Assembly (NCBI GenBank): GCA_023920165.1
Contig: CP089280.1
Coordinates: forward strand, 310,001-374,000
Reading direction: 5' to 3'
Length of the DNA stretch: 64,000 bases
From: Curvularia clavata
Taxonomy: Eukaryota
In this document: piece by piece, positions 13,664-27,364 of the stretch
Position numbering within the stretch: position 1 is the first letter of the stretch
Layout: the number at the start of each line of letters is the position of its first letter
Program-made: the position numbers and the translations under genes
Notes under the pieces: generated by a model
The model's database searches: none
What the model was told of the DNA's origin: nothing
What the model saw: only the letters and a program-made list of their open reading frames with translations

Positions 13664-14047
13664 ACGATCTTTTTGCGCTTTTTTACTCTCTCTAGTTGTA
13701 CCAGAATTGAGTGGGACGGAGCATGTTTAAATCAGAAATCACCTTTTTGCAATTTTTTGCTCTACAGATATGCTGGGATTGAATGGGACGGTGCAACTCC
13801 TTTGCTTGATATAATCTTTTTAAGCCTTTTTTTGCTACAACTATAGATATATATATTAATTTAGTAGATTAGATGTTAACTGTAATTTTGAGTATTAGAA
13901 ATTATCTTTCACTGTTTGTTTTTTGCTCTGAAGATATGCTACACTTGAGTAAGATAGTGCAATTCTCAGTTGGAAATCAGCTTTTTTTACGCTTTTTTTT
14001 TGCTCTACAGACATACTAGGATTCAGTGGGATGGCGCAATTCCTTCA
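13661..14047 (+). repeat. Five degenerate ~74-bp tandem repeats immediately 3' of tRNA-Glu
   Basis: Units start near 13661, 13735, 13808, 13898 and 13973. Consensus about GAAATCA.CTTTTT...TTTTTTGCTCTACAGATATGCT.GGATTGAGTGGGA.GGTGCAA.TCC. Confidence 0.8.
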
Positions 14048-14328
14048 ATTGTTACCAGACGTCTTTTTTTCCGTCAGCGTCTGAACCCAAACATGGCGTA
14101 TCCTAGTAGCTAAAATCATACTGATGATCAGAAGCCTGTGCTGCACCGCAACACCATATCTTGGGGCAAAGATAGTGAGGCGTGGAGAGTATGGAGGGCT
14201 CTTGGCTGCTGTGGACCAATTATCCCAGGCTTGATGACAGACGAGCTGTCGCATGCATCCGCAGCTACTCTCTTTGCTGCGTCCCAGCACCTAATTCTAC
14301 ACTGTATCGTACATATATTTCCTGTCCA

Positions 14329-14922
14329 TCATTGGCCCTCTACCTCCTCAGCAGGCCTCGTAAAAGCACCTCGAATCTCCTCTCCCGGTCCCCTCTTACG
14401 CCAAATATCCTCACTATTAGGTCCACTCTTTAGTTTCATCTCCTTCTCCCGATACCTATCCTGCACCATGCGCTCCTTGACGTCCTGGCCACTTCGACTG
14501 TTCTTTGTGCGCATGCAGAACCAGAAGTCGTTCCAGTGGTCCGAGCAGCTGCGCAGTTGTCCATAGCGGTATATGTCGTTGAAATGGCCGCCGAATGATG
14601 AGCAGTAGAAGGCGCTGTCGAAGGCGGCGCGGCAGGACATGCTACGAGGAAGGGTGGGATCGATTTCTTCTGATGCAGACGACTGTGCACCATCATCTGC
14701 GCTATTTGCTATCGAGGACGAAACATTGTTTGACGAGAAAGATGGTGGCGCGAGGTGTGGATGGGCGGCGTAGAAGTCGGGATCATGGGGGGCAGAGTGT
14801 GCTTGCTGTCTCTCTGGCTCCGGTGCATCGCTGGGTTTTTGGACAGGCGATGCTGAGGTGGATATGGTGGCTGCTGCGGCGTCTGCGCCTGAGCTTGAGC
14901 GTGAAAAAGGCCACAGCCCCAT
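14329..14922 (-). CDS. EMI1: Emi1/DUF3128-family protein (twin Cx9C-like)
   Basis: MSCRAAFDSAFYC...GGHFNDIYRYGQLRSCSDHWNDFWFCMR and GPNSEDIW motifs. ATG at 14922. Confidence 0.75.
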   Translation of the reverse strand: MGLWPFSRSSSGADAAAATISTSASPVQKPSDAPEPERQQAHSAPHDPDFYAAHPHLAPPSFSSNNVSSSIANSADDGAQSSASEEIDPTLPRSMSCRAAFDSAFYCSSFGGHFNDIYRYGQLRSCSDHWNDFWFCMRTKNSRSGQDVKERMVQDRYREKEMKLKSGPNSEDIWRKRGPGEEIRGAFTRPAEEVEGQ

Positions 14923-15513
14923 TCTGAAAATGTGTATAGAAGATAACGCGGATGTTTCAGCGCTCCGCGTCTTCAATTGCGATCCGCGGGGATGGTGGCC
15001 GCGGGAAGAAATTGGACACCACGCAAACCTCCAGCCAATGGCAGGTCAGACGGCCCGCACACGTGAGCGGGAAGGCGCGATCTACGTCATGCATCGCACT
15101 TGCGGCTAAACGACGTGTAGCTTTCCTGCCTTGGAGATCGCCGCTGCTCTCCACATTGATGTGTTGTGCGACTCCCTCTCCAATGTTCTGCATCCCCTCC
15201 TGTTTTGGAGCCTGTATACTCTTCTAGACGCTCACAGCGTCTGCTCCTTTGTTGCGGCCTCGGTAATTCTCGACACCGCACGCACATTCAGGTGTCTTTA
15301 ATCATCCCCGCCTTGTATTTACCACCTATTATATCCCCTCCCCTTCCGCAGTGTGACTGCGAGTTGACGCGCTCCCTATGACTTCATACAGTTTTTCAAC
15401 ACAACAACAACGATACTCTTGAACTCCGACAAGCCCTACCCCACACCCCACACTCCATACTCCATCCACCTGACCTCGAAGCCCGGCCTGGGTAACGGTC
15501 CCACGCCGCCACT

Positions 15514-18500
15514 ATGCTCGAGGGACTTGTGTCGACGCTGCTGAATCGGTTCTTGGGCATGTACGTCCAGAACTTCGATCCGAAGCAGCTGAACGTCGGC
15601 ATCTGGTCTGGCGATGTCAAATTACGGGACCTTGAACTCCGTCGCGAAGCCCTTGACCAGCTACGTCTGCCACTAAATGTCATCGAAGGCCATCTTGGCT
15701 CCCTCACACTATCGATACCTTGGTCTAACCTGCGTGGCAAGCCACTCAAGGTCAATATTGAAGACGTCTTCTTGCTGGCAGCGCCAAAAGAGGATGCAGA
15801 TTACGACGCAGAAGAGGAGGAGAGACGTGCACATGCCGTCAAGATGGAGAAGTTGGACAGCGCCGAGCTGCTCAAGGAAAGAAACACTGAAGGCATGAGC
15901 GCGGAAGAGCAGCAAAAGAACCAGAGCTTTACTGCGAGTTTGATTACTGCAATTGTCGATAACGTTCAGGTTACCGTCAAGAACATTCACATCCGTTATG
16001 AAGACTCGATATCTGATCCTGGACATCCCTTCGCTCTTGGTCTTACCCTGGCAGACTTCAGTGCTATCAGCACTGACGAGAACTGGAAGCCCACCTTCAT
16101 CCAAGGTACATCTGCTTCGACGCACAAGCTGGCCACACTTGGGTCATTAGCAGTATACTGGGACACAGATGCCAAGCTCATCGGTACTGGTAAAGGCAAT
16201 CAAAGTAGCGATGAGCAGCAAATCGACCGGGCAGACTTCATCGAACAGGCACGTAGCATGATTGCTAGAGGCGACAACCCCGATCTGGGTGACCATCAGT
16301 TTATTCTCAAGCCTATCAGCGGACGCGCTGGTTTGGAAATGGACAAGACGGGTAAAACAGACCGCCCAAAGACAAAGGCTCGACTCTTGTTCGACGAACT
16401 CGGTTTCATCATCGACGAAGATCAGTATCGCGATGCGCTGATGCTGGTTGACTTGTTCCACTACTTCATTCGCCATCAAGAATACAAGAAACTCCAGCCA
16501 AAGTCATCACCCAAGGAGGATCCTGCGGGTTGGCTTCGATTTGCAGGCAAGGCTGTGCTCGATAAGATCCACGAGAGAAATCGCCGGTGGAGCTGGGACT
16601 ACTTCAAAGAGCGGCGCGATGACCGGATACGATACATCGAGCTGTTCAAGAAGAAGAAGCGCGAAGAAAGGCTTGACGCTACCGAAACAGAAGATATGGA
16701 TAAACTCGAGCGGAAGCTTTCATACGAAGATCTGCGCTTCTGGCGCTCTCTAGCCCGGAATCAGCTGCGCAAAGAAAATGTTGGTGTGAAGAAGCCTCCA
16801 CCCAAGCAGACTTGGACTTCGTGGGTCTGGGGAACTAAGCAAGAGGAGCACCACGAAGACGACAATACTCAGATGAGTGAGCAGCAACGGAAAGAGCTGT
16901 ACGAGGCCATCGACTGGGATGAGAAAAAGGCTATTGCCGAGTCAGTTGACATGCCTCGTGAATACGTCAAGCTAGAGGTCAACATGAGCCTGCGAACTGG
17001 TAGCTTCACACTCAAGCGTGACCCACATGGCAAATCAAATGAGATTCTTCGGCTTCTTTTCGACTCGTTCAGCACACAGCTCCTGCAGCGTACCGACTCG
17101 ACATTTGTCAAGGTGGCGCTCGAAGGTATGCGTCTGTACGACGGTACCACCGAAGGCAGTCTGTTCCCACAGATTATCACCGTCAAGGATGCCCCGCCCG
17201 TCCCAGACGACAAGCGCATTGAAGAGCTCAATGATGATGAGTCGCCCAAGGATGCAGATGACGAGGATGATGAAGAAGAGAAGGAAGACCCATTCTTCTT
17301 CCTGAGCTTCGAGAACAACCCCCTCGACGGAGCAGCCGACACGAACCTCACCATGAAGCTGAAGAGCATGGAGTTTGTTTATAATCCGAGATTCATTGTT
17401 GAAGTTGCCAAGTTCTTCAAGCCTCCCGAAAGACACATGGAGTCCATTGGCGCACTCATGGAGACGGCTGGAGCGACGGTCGAAGGTATCCGACAGCAAA
17501 CCCGCGCAGGCTTGGAGTTTGCACTTTCCGAGCATAAGACCATCAATGCCCAGCTTAATCTGCAGGCGCCGCTCATCATTGTCCCCGATTCAGTCACCAA
17601 GGAGTCCAGTAACTGTCTTATCCTCGATGCTGGTCATGTGAGCGTTACCAGTGAGCTTGTCGACAAGGATACGCTTCGCGATATTCAGGCAAAGCAGAAG
17701 CAGCAGTACACCGAAGAAGATTTCCGAAAGCTGGAGAATCTGATGTACGACAAGTTCAACCTGAAGCTTGAATCAACACAAGTACTCATAGGTCCGTCCA
17801 TTGAGGAGACCCGTGCGCAGCTGGACCAAGACTCAAGCGTCAAAAACTACCACATTGTCGACCGTATCAACATTGACTTTAAAATCGAAATATGCATTGT
17901 TCCCAAGGCGTCTGATCTCACCAAGTTCCGCGTGTCCGGTAATCTGCCAGTGCTTCACGCATCAGTTTCGGACTCCAAGTACAAAAACTTGATGAAGCTC
18001 ATCGACGTAGCCATACCCAAGTTTGGGGATGATAGTCCAAGTAAACCAGTGGTCGAAGGCGCGAAGGGCCCATCGAACCTGAAACCCAAGAACGAGGCTA
18101 AGCCTGAGACGGATGCTCTTGGGCGGCCGCGGTCGCGATCCTTCAAGTTTGCTGCGCAAGAGCATGAGCTTGTCATGGAAGAGGATGGTCATAGCGATAC
18201 TGAAGAGCACTTCTCAGATGCTCAATCCAAGGAGGACAAACGGCACATACACCTACACCAGCGCAATTTCGAGTTCAAGTTCACCGTAGATAAGCTCCAA
18301 GGCTCACTATACAGAGCTGATCCAGAAGGAAGAAAGGCTGACCAGCTCTTGGTCGAGTTGATCGCTGAGAGTTTTGATCTTGACTTTTACCAAGAAGCTT
18401 TTGAGATGGCTGCAGATGTCCGTCTGCGGAGCTTGGCTGTTGAAGACCACGTGGAGGAATCCACAATCCCCGAGTTCAAGAACATTATCTCATCAGAAGA

Positions 18501-21500
18501 TGTGTCGGCAGACGAACAGAAAGACCTGTTCACTCTCAAGTTTGTCAAGGTGAACAAGGAATCACCCGAGTTCCAGACCAAATATGAGGGTATCGCGACA
18601 AACTTGGAAGTTGCCGTCTCGACGATCAACCTGATAGTGACCAGGCGAACACTGCTTACTTTACTGGACTTTGTTCTTGACACCTTCACAAACCCAGGAC
18701 CGCCCCAAAATCAACAGACCCAAATCACGGACAAGCAGCAAGAAGAGCAGCCAGTTGTCGAACAGCAACAGGCAGAGCCGGACAAGATACGCATTCGGGC
18801 TGAACTGAAGCGCATTGCAGTGGTTCTCAACAATGACGGCATCCGGCTGGCCACCCTGAGTTTGAACTCTGGAAATGTTGGCATCTTCCTTAGTGGCAAG
18901 ACCATGCGCATTGGCGGACGACTCGGAAACCTGTCACTCATCGATGATGTTAACCAGGGCGTGTCAGAGGAGTCTCCACTTCGCCAACTCGTAACCATCG
19001 AGGGCAAGAACCTAGCTGATTTCAGCTATGAGACCTTTGACTCGGATTCCGAGAGCTACCCAGGCTATGACGCGGCTGTCGCATTGAAGACAGGATCTGT
19101 CAAGATCAATTTCCTTACCGAGCCATTCCGCAAAATTATGCAATTTGCGGTCAAGTTCGGTAAGATGCAGGCCATCTTTAATGCTGCCCGTCAGGCTGCG
19201 GCGAACCAGGCGACACAGATCCAACAACGGGCAACGAGGTTCCATTTCGATATCACCATTAGCACCCCTATTGTCGTTTTTCCTCGTATGGTGATCTCCG
19301 ACAAGCCAGATCGCGATACTCTTACCGCGAACTTGGGAGAAATCTATGCGAAAAACAGCTTCGTTCCTCTCGATGATTCAAAACGCGCAGAAACTGCCAA
19401 CAAGATTTCTGCCGGTATCAGGAACATCAAGCTCACCTCCAAGCTCCACTATGACGAGGATCGCTCTGAGGAGCTCCAGCTGATCGACAAAGTTGATCTC
19501 GACTTCAAGATTACTATGGTCGAGCACAAGCCTGGGCAACAGCGGCCCGATCTTGAGATTGATGGATCTATGTCGAACATCAATCTCCAACTCACACCAG
19601 AGCAGATGAAGTTCGCATTGGAGTTGTCACGGTCAATACCTGAAGCGTTCGCTACAGAACCTGAAGCATTAGACCAAGACGTCCAAGCTGAGCTGCCAAA
19701 TGAGACGACCGAGCCGGCACGTCGAATAACGGATAGGAGTGATGACGAGTCGACGCCATCCAAGGACGTGGTAACCTCGCAAGGGCCTGAGCTACATACG
19801 GATGAGGACAAGTGGACGAAGCTGGACTTTGTCTTCAAAGTTGGCACTGTCGGCCTGGAGCTCGTCAAGCCTCCTGTGGACGGCGAGCCTGTTGGCGATG
19901 TTGAAGCCGCGAGTCTGTCGAAATTCTCTTTGAACGACACCAAAGTGAAAGTTCGTATGATTAGTGACGGAGCCATGGAAGCTGAGCTCGTTGTACAATC
20001 CTTTACTATCCGGGATAATCGTTCGCAGGGAACCAACAAGTTCCGGAAGATCATGTCGCTCATCAACAACGATGTCAAGCAACAGTTTATGGCCAGCGTA
20101 TCCATTGCTGGTGGGAAGGAGCGCAGTATGATTGCACTTCTTACAATTGATAGTCCTCGCATCATTCTGGCCCTAGACTACTTGTTTGCTCTTCAAGCGT
20201 TCGTCAACGCAGGCCTGGCTACTGACGAGCCCCTGGCCATTGAGCAAGAGGCCGAGCAGGAGCAAACAGATAGCGACGATGACGATATCATGTCACCCGA
20301 TGGTTCCCGAACGTTGGAAGCACCGCAGCCTGTTGAAGCGCCCGCCGACAATGGCATGAATGTGTCATTCCGTGTAAACCTGGTGGATGCGCAGGTCGTT
20401 CTCATTGCGAGCCCAGCTATGGCTAGCTCAGAAGCCATTGTGCTTGGTACCAAGCAAGTTCTCATCTCCAAACAACAAGCAATGACACTGCAGGTCGACA
20501 AGGTCGGCATGTTCCTGTGCCGTATGGACCGGTTCGAAACCAATCGCATGCGCATTCTCGACGATTTCAGCATCCAAACAGCCTTGGATATCCGAAACCA
20601 GGGCTCAAAGTCTTCGATAACGAGCATAACTGTCGACATTGAGCCTCTCATCCTGCGACTGTCACTTCGCGATATCTTGTTGGCTATGCAGATTGTGAAT
20701 CGAGCATCTGCAATGGCAGCGCCCGCTGACAAACCAATGCCTTCTGCAGAAGCTAAGCATCTCAAGCCAGCTACTGCGTCTAAAAAGGGCACATCTCATG
20801 CAGCTAAAGTGTCTACTCACAAAGGCCAAGCGAAATCTGTCGCGACTAGCAAGCGATCTGCTCAGCCTGCAACATATCAACAAGCACCTGCTTCAGCCGT
20901 CCTCAAACGGGAAGAGATGCATATCAACCTTGAAGGTATCCGGGTCGTCCTAATTGGCGATGTACATGAGATGCCCATGCTGGATTGGCGCGTCAAGAAG
21001 TTTGGGGTCGATGTACGAGATTGGTCGAGCGCAATGGTTGCCGACACCTCTGTCGACACACTGATTAACGTTTACAACTTCTCCAAGTCCGCATGGGAGC
21101 CACTGATTGAACCCTGGAGCGTCGGATTTCACATGTCCAAGGACCAGAACCCGGACAAATTGACCGTGGACCTCTATTCTCGCAAGTCTATGGAACTCAC
21201 CATCACGGCCGCCACAATTGCGCTGGGATCCAAGTCGTTTGACTTCCTCACTAGCGAAGACGACATTCTTTCTAAACCTCGAGGTAACGATGCTCCTTAC
21301 CGTGTGCGCAACTACACGGGCTTTAGCATCGATGTCTGGGCCGAGGGCAAAGAAGAAGAGGGCTATGCTGCTAAGCTTGAAGACGGAGAGGAGAAGCCAT
21401 GGCGATTCGAAGACCCCATGTCGGCAAGAGAGACACTTTCCACAGATGGCGCCATCGGAATGCTCGGGATCAAGCTGCAAGGCAGCGGCTTTGATCCCTT

Positions 21501-24500
21501 ATCGCGGGTACAAGTGCACCGCGAGGGCGAATTCCTGTACAACCTGAAGCCGAAGCAGGACCGCATCCAGCATCGCCTGCTTATCGATGTAAAGCTTGGG
21601 TCTGACAACGTAAAGAACATCACCATTCGCTCCCCATTGTTGGTGGAGAACAATACTCAGATACCCATAGAGCTCGGCATGTTCAGCCCAGATGATGGTC
21701 ATCTTCTCAAAATCGACAAGATTCCTCCTGGTGATGCTCGACCAGCACCTGTCGGTGCCTGCCACATGCATTCCCTCATCATCCGCCCAGACCAAGGCTT
21801 TGGTTACGCATGGTCTAATGAGCAGCTGTTCTGGAAAGATCTCCTCAAGCGTCCCACCCGGACAATCACGTGCCGCGGAGAACAGGATGATCAGGCTCCG
21901 CCATTCTTCTTCCAATTACATGCAGCTTATGATAAGAAGGACCCATTAACTGGTGTCTATCCATACATGAGGCTCCGTCTTCAGGCGCCAGTTGAGGTAC
22001 ACAATCTCCTTCCGTATGATTTCAAGTACAGAATCTACGACAGCAACACAAAGAAGGATTGGACGAACTTCCTTAGGAAAGGGGGAATTAGTCCAGTTCA
22101 TGTGGTGGAACTCTCGCACCTGCTCCTCATTAGCGTCGAGATGCAAGACGGGCCCTTCAAGCCCAGCAAATTTGGCATTATCAACTCTACTGATCGCGAG
22201 AGCTTTAGAAGAGAAAAGGTGCTGGAAGTCAGAGACAACAACGACACAGTTCTGCATCTAAACATGCACTTCTTGTAAGTTTGATCCTTTAGATTTGACA
22301 ATCGACATATACTAACAAACTTCAGCAATTTCCCTGACGGCGGTGGTGCTTTCAAGGTAGCCATCTACAGTCCATACATTATTCTCAACCGCACCGGGCT
22401 TCAACTGGACGTTCGAGCACAGCAGTCCATGGCCTCAGGCCGAGCCGCTGCCGGACAAGGCGTGGTCACAGACAACCAACAAGATGCTGGCAAGGCCCTA
22501 CCATTCATGTTCTCTTACCCTAACGAGCACAAAAAGAATCGTGCTCTGATCAGGGTTGGCGACTCCAACTGGAGCAAGCCGCAGAGTTTCGACGCAATTG
22601 GTAGCACATACACCGTAGCTTTGCCATCTACCAAAGCACGGTCCGACATGCATCTCGGTGTATCAGTCTCAGAAGGCGAGGGCAAGTACAACTTGACCAA
22701 GACTGTCTCCATCGCGCCACGCTTCATCATCAACAACAAGATGAAGGAAGAACTCCTCATACGCGAGCCTGGTCAGTCTGACTGGATGACGGTCAAGGAT
22801 GGGGAGCTTTTCCCGCTCCGATGGCTGCGACAAGGCGGTGCACCGCAACTGTCTCTCTGTTATCCTGGTGTCAACAACCAATGGTCCTCACCTTTCAACA
22901 TCTCCAATGTTGGTAATATTCACGTCAAGCTCTCCAAGGCAGGTCAACGCCAGAAGCTCGTTCGTGTGGACATCTTGATGGAAGCAGCAACAATTTTCTG
23001 CCATATCAGCGTTGAGAATAAGCACTGGCCATTCTCCTTCAAGAACATGAGCGACCAAGAGTTCCTGTACTGGCAAGTAAATCCCAACCTAGACGAGGAT
23101 GAAGACGATCGTGGCTCTGGCTTCCGGCCTATCAGGTACCGTCTCCCACCTAGGAGTATCATGCCATACGCATGGGATTTCCCCGCGGCAAAGAACAAGG
23201 AAATCATCATTAGTGCCAATGGTCGAGAGCGACATGTCAAACTTGCCGAGATTGGGCCGCTCATTCCATTCAAGATCCCACCTGGCCGCGAAGGTGGAGG
23301 CATGAAGGTTATCGACCTCAATGTTGTCGCCGCGGGTCCCACATTGACTTTGGAAGTTGCAAACTACAAGCCCTCTAAGAGTATGTACAAGCAGAAAGCA
23401 GCTGGTTCATCGTCAACAACAACCGGATTTGAAGTCAAGGACATGGACACGGACGTTACTTTCAAAGCACAGCTACGACTTGCTGGCATTGGCATCTCGC
23501 TCGTCAATCGTCACCTGAAGGAGCTCGTCTACATTACGCTCCGTGATATTGAGCTCAAGTACTCGGATTCACCGCTCTACCAGATGGTCAACATGCAGGT
23601 CAAGTGGATCCAGGTTGACAACCAGCTTTATGGTGGTATCTTCCCTATCATCTTCTACCCCAGTGTCGTTCCAAAGACTGGGAAGGAGATGGAAGCGCAT
23701 CCTATATTCCAGACCACTATTACCAAAGTCAAGGATGATTCATACGGTGTGTTGTACATCAAGTACTTCACATTCTTGCTCCAGCAGATGACTGTCGAAA
23801 TCGACGAAGATTTCATCTTCGCCATGATTGACTTCGCAAACATTCCTGGTGCTTCCTGGACCGAAGAGAAGCAAGGCAAGCTGTGGGATGAAAACCTCAG
23901 CATTCCCGAACCAAAGCAAGAGCAGTCTGGCCAGGATGTCTACTTTGAGCTCCTGCACCTTCAACCGATGCAAATCGACCTGTCGTTCGTTCGGACAGAG
24001 CGTATCAATGCGGAAGACACCATGTCCACGTCGAATCCGTTTATGTTCGCCGTGAACGTTCTTACCATGTCTATCGGCAACGTCAACGATGCGCCAGTGC
24101 GATACAACTCGTTGATGCTTGAGAATGCCCGGATTTCGACGACTGCGTTGATTAACAATATCAAAAACCACTACGTTCAAGAGTCTCTACGGCAAGTTCA
24201 CGTGATTATTGGATCTGCCGATTTCCTTGGTAACCCAGTTGGTTTGTTCAATAACATCAGTTCTGGTGTTGCAGATATTTTCTACGAGCCATACCAGGGT
24301 CTTGTCAAGTCCGATCGTCCCGAGGATCTTGGTATCGGTATCGCAAAGGGTGCATCGAGCTTTGTGAAGAAATCCGTTTTTGGCTTCTCAGACAGTATGG
24401 CAAAATTTACTGGCAGTATGTCAAAGGGTCTGTCTGCGGCAACTCTCGACAAGGAGTTCCAGGATTCACGCCGCATGTCCCGTTCCCGCAACAGGCCCAA

Positions 24501-25152
24501 GCATGCCCTCTACGGTATCACGTCCGGTGGTAATGCTTTTGCAAGCAGCTTAGCAAGTGGACTCGGCGGTCTCGCCCGTCATCCCATCCAAGGTGCAGAG
24601 AAAGAAGGAGCTCTCGGCTTCGTCAAAGGCGTTGGAAAGGGCTTGCTTGGTGTACCTACCAAGGCTGCGATCGGAGCCTTCGATCTCGCGTCCAATATGG
24701 CTGAAGGTGTGCGCAACACGACCACGGTGTTTGACCAAGAAGGTCTCGATCGCGTGCGCTTGACGCGCTTCATTGGTACGGATGGCATTGTGCGACCATA
24801 TTCTCAACGCGAAGCGCTTGGTCAGTTCTGGTTGAAGACACTCGACAACGGCAAGTACTTCAACGAAGACTACATTGCGCATCTCGAGCTGCAAAACAAG
24901 GAGATGCTCGTTATGCTCACATACAACGGGCTCATGATGGTGCGCACGAAGAAGTTGCAGACAGAGTGGGACGTACCTCTCAAGGATGTACAGACCATCA
25001 GCAAAGAGAGGACCGGCTTGGCCATTACGCTCAAAGGAGGCACCAACGGACCGTTTATTCCCGTCAGCGATGAGGGAAGCAGGAATTGGTTCTACCGGCA
25101 GGTTGCTGTGGGGGTCAACGCATACAACGATCGATGGAATGCAAAGGGGTAA
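15514..25152 (+). CDS. VPS13: Vacuolar protein sorting-associated protein 13 (bridge-like lipid transfer protein), about 3195 aa
   Basis: Chorein N-terminus MLEGLVSTLLNRFLGMYVQNFDPKQLNVGIWSGDV. One intron 22275..22325 joins the two long ORFs in frame. C-terminal IIGSADFLGNPVGLF. Confidence 0.97.
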
Positions 25153-25762
25153 TCGGAAGTTCTGGAAAGAGGGTGGATCCTAGGGGGTAATTTGATTATG
25201 AGTATACGGCATAGCGTGGTTTTGGGCAAGGACTGGTTCATTCCTGATAATGTGTATTCTTACTTCATGACCTTGATAAGCAATGGAAGTTTCTTTTGAC
25301 ATTCTATGCAGTCTCTCCCCAAATCGGATTGTCGTATCTTGGTATCTTGAAAACAGGGTTATCCTGATCCTTCCCTCGATTTCCTCGGACCGATACTGTG
25401 AACCACAGTGAACAGCATCGATTGCCTATTATGCCAATTTGTCCAGCCATTTCGGGTCGCGGCACCGTTTTGATCCACTCTTTGGCAAGGGTTGTGACCG
25501 TGATGCCGAACCATGGCCGACGTTGTGATGTAGTTTGAAGTCGAGGATCGAGTGTGACGTCAGACCCGCGTCGCGCGTCATTTTGCGGGGGAGCTGGCAA
25601 CCTCGATAGCAACAATGAAGTTTGCACCTTATCTTGCAACTTTAATTCTCTTTTTTCCTTCGTGATACCCAGTTGCTCTCTTTGCCTACACTGTGCAAAA
25701 ATACTCTTTTACGCTTCTGCGCCTCTTCTTTCCGGCCTACTCCCTCTAGCACCCAGTCTAAT

Positions 25763-26927
25763 ATGCTTCGCAACGGAGCGTCACGCCTAGCGCTAAGGTC
25801 CGTCGCAGGACCTACGGCAGCTCGACCAGCAGCAAACTTCACCCGCACAGCGCCTTCGCTGCAATGGAAAACACGATTCGGATCCTTGGCTGCGAAAAGG
25901 CCGCAGCTCGCTCAGACCGCAACTGCGCTGAAGCCGGCTTCATCCGCCATCTTGCGCCGGTGCATGGCCGATGTAAAGTTGACTGAAGCACAAAAGCAGG
26001 CAGAGAGCAGATACAGAAATGAAGAGATTAAGCCTACACCAGAGACTGTGACGAGTACTAGTACCACTCATCCTATCTTCTCTGAGGTTGGGGCGGATAC
26101 ACCAGTGAAAGAGGTGGATATGATGGCGGGTGTGAAGCACGATGTGGTATGTACCCTCAATTTCCTACAGTCCTACGTATATTGGTGGCTAATACGTGGT
26201 AGAACACAGTCAAAGACACATTCTCTCTCGCTGCCGTGCCCCGCGAGGCATACTACATGGGACTTGCTGGCACGCTTCCTTACCTCGCAACTTCGCTCTC
26301 CACCGTCTATCTCTCGTGGGAACTCAACCACTCCACTGCCGGCTATGGCTGGATGATTGACGAAAAGAACGCGACATACCTCCTTCATCTGATCGAGCCT
26401 CTGCAAATCGGCTACGGAGCTTCGATTCTGAGTTTCCTGGGTGCTATCCACTGGGGTCTTGAGTGGGCTGGCTATGGAGGATACCAGGGATACAAGCGTT
26501 ACGCCATTGGTGTTGTAGCGCCCATGGTTGCGTGGTCGACGCTCATAATGCCGGTCGAGGGTGCACTCATTGCTCAGTTCTTGGGCTTCACTGCACTATA
26601 CTATGTTGATACTCGTAAGCACTGCCACCCCTGTCTCCTCCCAAGTATGCGAATGACTGACTTGTAAATACAGGCGCTGCCTACCGTGGCTGGACTCCCG
26701 ACTGGTATGCCGTCTACCGCTTTGTTCTCACCATGATTGTGGGCGCAAGCATCGTGGCTACCCTTATTGGCCGCAGCGAGCTTCCAGAACACATTCCTGG
26801 CTCGGTCGACCGCGCGAAGGTGTTCAAGGAGGAGGGTTCGTCTGAGGAGAAGCTTGCGGAGCATGAGACAGCGCTGGCGGAGAAGAAGAAAGATGCTGCA
26901 CGTAGTGATAACAGGGGAAAGCACTAA
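25763..26927 (+). CDS. DUF3429/TMEM69-like mitochondrial membrane protein
   Basis: Arg/Ala-rich targeting-like N-terminus; introns 26147..26202 and 26615..26673. Motifs GLAGTLPY, YGASILSFLGAIHWGLE, GWTPDWYAVYRFVLT. Confidence 0.8.
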
Positions 26928-27364
26928 ATCTTCTTTTTAGTATGATGAGATGATGGGTTGCATCGGGTTTCTCGTTTTGTACCATAATCCTTTGGCGTTT
27001 TTTGAGCGACCAGCGCGCTCAGGGGGAATTGTGAGTTTGCATCAATATGTATCTAGCGTTTTTGTTTCTGTTCAATGGATATAACTTGTCATCTTCGAAT
27101 TTTGGTATGTATATGCGTGTAGTGCTAAAGTGCGAGTGAAGTGCTTTTACGAGGCTGTCCGGAGACTAACAGTAGATTCGGTATCAATTTGTCAAAATAT
27201 TTCATGCTTGACAGTCCTGTAAGCAGTAGATGTTTCTGTGTTCATGTCCAATATCATCTCAGTGTCTTTACCATATACAAAATATATACACATATCCACA
27301 CCGTATCCGCCACAATTCATCTTTTTTAACAAAACAAGGCCCTCCCCTAGAAAGAAACCACATC

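Noticed and set aside
13661..14047. Repeat array read as CRISPR-like
   Set aside because: Eukaryotic context, units similar along their whole length with no unique spacers, and no cas genes.
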